From Bacteroidota bacterium (lineage in GTDB: Bacteria > Bacteroidota > Bacteroidia > CAILMK01 > JAAYUY01), in assembly GCA_016776505.1 (NCBI GenBank), contig JADHTG010000031.1, positions 1 through 32,000 on the forward strand: a stretch of DNA of 32,000 nt, read 5' to 3'. Of this stretch, positions 27,619 through 32,000 are shown piece by piece. The notes beneath the pieces were generated by a model. That model ran no database searches. It saw only the letters and a list, made by a program, of their open reading frames with translations, and was not told the origin of the DNA. A program made the translations under genes and the position numbers. Within the stretch, counting starts at the first letter, position 1; each line of letters opens with the position of its first letter.

Positions 27619-27860
27619 ATGAACAGAATAAAAGCAATTTTAGCTTATTTTTTCATATCATCACTCATCATCATTACTTCCTGTGGTAACGATTAAAAAA
27701 GACAAAAGACAAAATCTATACATCAGTAAAAATTGGTCAACAGGAATGGATGACTGAAAATCCGGATGTGAGTCATTATCTGAATTATAAGATCGGGAGA
27801 GCATTCAGAGCAGGTAGTGAAAAACAAAATGGATTTTCGGTGCGTTGCATTCGGGAATAA
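27619..27860 (+). pseudogene. Remnant of a FISUMP-domain lipoprotein
   Basis: MNRIKAILAYFFISSLIIITSCGND* signal, then after the stop IYTSVKIGQQEWMTENPDVSHYL ... GRAFRAGSEKQNGFSVRCIRE*, which look like the two ends of a FISUMP domain with the middle missing. Confidence 0.55.
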
Positions 27861-28020
27861 TGAGTTTATCATTTTAAGGAGTAATTAGGTCTGCTGGTCT
27901 TTAAATGCCTTTCAGGATTAAGTTGCAAACTTAAACCAGGCCAATTTGTAAATGTGAACAATAGAATGATCTCGGAATCGATAGTCGTAGTTTGAAGCAA
28001 CAACCACAACAAAAGAAATA

Positions 28021-29022
28021 TTAGGTAAGTAACCTCAAACACTCTTCAAGATATTGTTCGCGGTCAATAGGAACCACTCCCACCTGCTCACAAACCAAAC
28101 CTCCTGCAATATTGGTAAGCTGCGCCAGCAGGCTGTTTTTAATCCCTGAAGAGATAGCCAATGCGGCTATTGCCCCGACCGTATCCCCGGCACCTGAAAC
28201 ATCGTAAATGCTTCGTTTGTGGGATGGTACTATCATGTCTTTCTTCCCGTCATTAATATAAACTCCAGCTGACGATAAGGTAATAAATGCAATTTGGATA
28301 TGCATTTTATCGAAAAGTAGCTGGGCTGCTTCTCTTAAATCTTCAATTTGAAGAGGTTTGGGAATGATGAGCCCTAAACCTTCACGTAATTCTTTTAAAT
28401 TGGGTTTAAACAGAGTTGCGTTTTTATACTCCAGGAAATTTTCTTTTTTAGGATCAACAATCACAGGGATATTTCTTTTATTCGCTTCCTTGATGATCTT
28501 TCTTATTAAACCAGCACTTAAAAGACCTTTGTCATAATCTACAAATATCAGCGCATCAGCTTCTGCCATAGCTGATATAGCATTTTGATAGATCCTGTCT
28601 GATTCATCCTTATTAATACCGGCCGTTATTTCGCTATCCACCCTCAGTAATTGTTGCTGGTCGTTGGCAATAATCCGTGACTTTACTGTTGTTGGCCTGT
28701 TTTCAGACTGAAATATATACTCTTTGCTAATGCTATTTTCATCCAATAAATCCAGGAATGCATGTCCATCTGCATCCTGACCAAGCAATGAAATCAAAAG
28801 GGGTGTTGCACCCATTTGCCTGATATTTACAGCCACATTTGCCGCACCACCCAGCCTGTATTCCCGATTATTTACTAATACTACAGGTACAGGAGCTTCA
28901 GGAGAAATTCGTTTCACATGACCCCACCAATACGCATCAAGCATCACATCTCCAACGATCAGGATCTTTTTTTTCTGAAAATCACTGAAGATATTTTTTA
29001 CTTCCTGAATTTTAAGTTTCAC
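28021..29022 (-). CDS. rfaE1: D-glycero-beta-D-manno-heptose-7-phosphate kinase (PfkB family)
   Basis: KILIVGDVMLDAYWWGHVKRISPEAPVPVV, RLGGAANVAVNI, VDPKKENFLEYKNATLFKPN, DVSGAGDTVGAIAAL. Confidence 0.9.
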   Translation of the reverse strand: MKLKIQEVKNIFSDFQKKKILIVGDVMLDAYWWGHVKRISPEAPVPVVLVNNREYRLGGAANVAVNIRQMGATPLLISLLGQDADGHAFLDLLDENSISKEYIFQSENRPTTVKSRIIANDQQQLLRVDSEITAGINKDESDRIYQNAISAMAEADALIFVDYDKGLLSAGLIRKIIKEANKRNIPVIVDPKKENFLEYKNATLFKPNLKELREGLGLIIPKPLQIEDLREAAQLLFDKMHIQIAFITLSSAGVYINDGKKDMIVPSHKRSIYDVSGAGDTVGAIAALAISSGIKNSLLAQLTNIAGGLVCEQVGVVPIDREQYLEECLRLLT

Positions 29023-29027
29023 TTCAA

Positions 29028-30224
29028 TTAGTTAAGTTTCCCCAGGCTTTTTCCAATTCTTTCAATGGCCCTTCTTAAATTATTTTCAGAAATAGCAAAA
29101 GAAATTCTGATACACTCTGCCACACCAAATGCTGTGCCTGTAACAACAGAAACATTGCCATCTTCCAATAAGTACATAGCTATATCATTGCTATTGTTAA
29201 TGTTATGTTTCCCATGACTCTTTCCGAAGAAGTGAGACACATCAACCAGTGAATAAAACGCTCCATCGGGAGTATTTGTTTTAACACCAGGGATTTTATT
29301 GAACATTTCAACAACAATATCCCTTCGTTTTTTGAATTCATCACGCATTTTATGTGTAGGGGTTAGATCAGTTGACAAGGCTGTAAAGGCAGCCATTTGC
29401 GAAATAGTGGATGGGCCGGATGTGAGCTGCCCCTGCAGTTTATTACAGGCTGAGGTTAGCCATAAAGGAGCAACCATATAACCAATTCGCCAGCCAGTCA
29501 TGGCAAATCCTTTTGATACTCCATTGATAATAACCATTCTCTCTTTCAGATCCCTAATCATAGCAAAAGAACATGGACCACCAATGTAATTAATATGGTC
29601 GTAAATTTCATCTGCTACAATGATAATATTAGGAAATTTCCGGAATACCTTCGCCAATTCTTCCAACTCGCTTGTGCAATACACTCCGCCACTTGGATTG
29701 GAAGGAGAACTAAATAGAAACATGCGTGTTTTGTCAGTTATCGCATCTTCTAATTGTTGGGGTGTAATTTTGTAGTTATTCTCCAAACCCCCTTTGATAA
29801 CCACCATTTTGGCACCAGAAAGTTTGACCATCTCCGGATAAGATACCCAATAGGGTGAAGGAACAATCACTTCATCTCCTTCATCTAAAATACTTAATAT
29901 GGCATTGCTTATTGATTGTTTGGCACCAGAACTCACAATCACATGATTAAAATCATATTCGCAATCAAATTCTTTATTGTATTTGTCAGCAATCACTTCT
30001 CGGAGCTCAGTAAAACCTGCAACCGGTGGATAATGGGTGATATTATCATTAATTGCTTTTATTGCAGCTTCTTTTATATGTTCAGGGGTATCAAAATCAG
30101 GTTCTCCGATGCTTAAATTAATGATGTCCTTTCCTTCCCCTATTAATTGACGTGCCAGTTTGGCCATTTTCAGGGTTTCTGATTCCTGTAATCTTTCTAC
30201 TCTTTTAGACAGTTTGGTGTTCAT
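29028..30224 (-). CDS. PLP-dependent class I/II aminotransferase (aspartate aminotransferase-like)
   Basis: INLSIGEPDFDTPEHIKEA, SSPSNPSGGVY, NGVSKGFAMTGWRIGY (PLP Lys), RISFAISENNL. Confidence 0.92.
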   Translation of the reverse strand: MNTKLSKRVERLQESETLKMAKLARQLIGEGKDIINLSIGEPDFDTPEHIKEAAIKAINDNITHYPPVAGFTELREVIADKYNKEFDCEYDFNHVIVSSGAKQSISNAILSILDEGDEVIVPSPYWVSYPEMVKLSGAKMVVIKGGLENNYKITPQQLEDAITDKTRMFLFSSPSNPSGGVYCTSELEELAKVFRKFPNIIIVADEIYDHINYIGGPCSFAMIRDLKERMVIINGVSKGFAMTGWRIGYMVAPLWLTSACNKLQGQLTSGPSTISQMAAFTALSTDLTPTHKMRDEFKKRRDIVVEMFNKIPGVKTNTPDGAFYSLVDVSHFFGKSHGKHNINNSNDIAMYLLEDGNVSVVTGTAFGVAECIRISFAISENNLRRAIERIGKSLGKLN

Positions 30225-30457
30225 TCACATTTTTTTAAAAGCCCCGAATATAGCAATTTTGGGCTAATATCACTATAAATATCTAGTTCATAAAAATTTA
30301 TGGCATATTAAAATATCCATTTTTTTTATTAAAATCTCTTGTTTAATTGCTGTCACTTTTTAATTTTGGTTGTGTTAAATGTATGAAATTTTATGATTTA
30401 ACGGGAGAATAGGCAGTCTTAATGAATTAAAAAACAACTGATGTTTCTTGCTAAATT

Positions 30458-30862
30458 TTGATTATTAACACATTAACAAAATTAATAATATTCATAAAGT
30501 TGGAAAAAAAGAGAATAGTAAAGGATTACGAAAAACTGCCTTTAGACGTTATCGACAAGGTAAAAATGACGTATTCTCATGGATTTGTAGAACATTTAAT
30601 AACATATAATAATAAGGACGGATTTCAGGTATCCGCACTTCCTTTTGAAACAGAAGATATCTACTACTTAATTCGTATGACAATCACAGAAGCCGAGCGA
30701 ATAATTGAAGAAGATGAGGATTATGATGATGAAGGAAATTTGAGACTTGACTTTGCTGCTGATGAAGCAGAAATTCCTGAAGATATGTTGCCCGAGAAAG
30801 AAGATGAAGATGAGGAAAGGGATTATAGCGATGACACAGATGAAGATAAATTGAAAATTTAA
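30458..30862 (+). CDS. Hypothetical protein with an acidic C-terminal tail
   Basis: ORF with ordered N-terminal part and EKEDEDEERDYSDDTDEDK tail; start uncertain, perhaps the GTG near 30512 (VKDYEKLPL). Confidence 0.5.
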   Translation: MIINTLTKLIIFIKLEKKRIVKDYEKLPLDVIDKVKMTYSHGFVEHLITYNNKDGFQVSALPFETEDIYYLIRMTITEAERIIEEDEDYDDEGNLRLDFAADEAEIPEDMLPEKEDEDEERDYSDDTDEDKLKI

Positions 30863-30968
30863 TTTCCCATATTCAATTCCCAAATTGAAGGATTAACTTT
30901 TCAGCTATTATTTGAATTTTTTTTGAATTACTTTTGTATTCCTGTCAAATTGGAATCTATAATATCTT

Positions 30969-31706
30969 ATGAAGTTCTTCTGGTCATTTGGGCAATATCT
31001 TTACCTATTAAAGGAAGCGGGAAGTCGTCCTGACAATCATCGGGTTTTTATTAAGCGGATTATGCAGGAAATGAATATCATTGGCATACAATCTCTTGGA
31101 ATTGTTACTGTTATATCTCTTTTCATGGGCATGGTGCTTACGCTGGAAATCGCTTATCAACTGGTTGCTGCCTGGATTGTTGACAGTGTGATAGGGGAAA
31201 TAATCAGTGAAACTACCATGCTGGAACTTTCTCCAACAATTACGGCTCTGGTGCTTGCAGGGCGGGTTGGATCCAATATAGCTGCTGAAATCGGCAATAT
31301 GAAAATTTCTGAGCAAATTGATGCATTGGATGTGATGGGCGTGAATGCTCCTTCTTATTTAATTGCACCTAAAATAATTGCTTCGGTAATCGCCATACCC
31401 ATGCTTATTGTCATTTCAATAGCTTTAAGTCATGTAGGAGGCATGTTTATTGGTCATGTCACTGGTATTTGCTCCATTTCAGATTTTTCAGCTGGCGCTC
31501 AGCATACATTTAAAACTTTCACCCTCATATTTGCTGTTATTAAGGCATTTACATTTGCCTTTGTGATCAGTTCTGTTTCATCCTATCAGGGTTTTGTTGT
31601 AAAAGGCGGGGCTCTTGAAGTAGGAAAAGCAAGTACGAAAGCAGTTGTTCACAGTTCCATCCTGATATTGATTTTTGACTATCTATTAGCACAACTATTA
31701 CTCTGA
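30969..31706 (+). CDS. mlaE: MlaE-family ABC transporter permease
   Basis: ALVLAGRVGSNIAAEIGNMKISEQIDALDVMGVN and multi-TM layout typical of MlaE. Confidence 0.93.
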   Translation: MKFFWSFGQYLYLLKEAGSRPDNHRVFIKRIMQEMNIIGIQSLGIVTVISLFMGMVLTLEIAYQLVAAWIVDSVIGEIISETTMLELSPTITALVLAGRVGSNIAAEIGNMKISEQIDALDVMGVNAPSYLIAPKIIASVIAIPMLIVISIALSHVGGMFIGHVTGICSISDFSAGAQHTFKTFTLIFAVIKAFTFAFVISSVSSYQGFVVKGGALEVGKASTKAVVHSSILILIFDYLLAQLLL

Positions 31707-31710
31707 TTAC

Positions 31711-32000
31711 ATGATAGAAGTAGACCATGTATATAAAATATTTGATGGCAAAGAAGTGCTGCAAGATGTTTCCACATCTTATGATGCCGGCATTATCAAT
31801 ATGATTATCGGAAGCAGTGGCAGTGGAAAAACTGTGTTGCTAAAATGCATTGTAGGTTTATTGCATCCTGACAAAGGAAGTGTTTTATATGATAACAGGA
31901 ACTTTACCAATATGAACTACCGGGATCAAAAGAAAGTTCGTTTAGAGATTGGAATGTTGTTCCAGGGCGCTGCATTATTTAATTCCATGACTGTTTTTGA
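31711..32000 (+). CDS. mlaF: ABC transporter ATP-binding protein, MlaF-like (truncated by window end)
   Basis: Reading frame open to the window edge: MIEVDHVYKIFDGKEVLQDVSTSYDAGIINMIIGSSGSGKTVLLKCIVGLLHPDKG...IGMLFQGAALFNSMTVF; Walker A present. Confidence 0.88.
   Translation, partial: MIEVDHVYKIFDGKEVLQDVSTSYDAGIINMIIGSSGSGKTVLLKCIVGLLHPDKGSVLYDNRNFTNMNYRDQKKVRLEIGMLFQGAALFNSMTVF

Noticed and set aside
1-32000. CRISPR arrays, phage or integron modules, tRNA or rRNA genes
   Set aside because: No regularly spaced identical repeats, integrase, phage structural genes or recognisable rRNA/tRNA genes were seen when reading the window.

Overview
This 32 kb window looks like a chromosomal segment from a Bacteroidota bacterium. 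The evidence is a T9SS-type C-terminal sorting domain, lipoprotein signals, a perfect TAnnTTTG promoter box and typical housekeeping genes. Most of it is ordinary: idi, a ROK sugar kinase, a CocE-type hydrolase, an AMP-dependent ligase, queE-like, ribH, an S9 peptidase, cdd, lgt, a lipid kinase, an AEC transporter, TIGR01212 radical SAM, PIN-PhoH, rfaE1, an aminotransferase and mlaE/mlaF. Two loci stand out. (1) A minus-strand arsR-hgcA-hgcB operon (7300-9075) encodes the mercury-methylation pair. HgcA has the diagnostic NVWCAAGK cap-helix motif plus a C-terminal membrane domain. HgcB has two 4Fe-4S motifs, an ECGAC segment and a C-terminal vicinal-Cys tail. Upstream of arsR lies an unannotated long inverted repeat (9105-9152) that overlaps a TATATTTG -7 box and looks like an ArsR operator. 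Related intergenic repeat sequence lies on both sides of the operon. (2) An adjacent gatE-gatD pair (12197-15615) encodes the archaeal-type Glu-tRNA(Gln)/tRNA-dependent amidotransferase, unexpected in a bacterium. Smaller observations include a QueE-like protein with a 9-aa insertion in its radical-SAM cysteine loop, several palindromic intergenic repeats with one apparent compensatory change, and a decayed FISUMP-type lipoprotein remnant. All assignments come from reading the sequence and translations. No database search was run.
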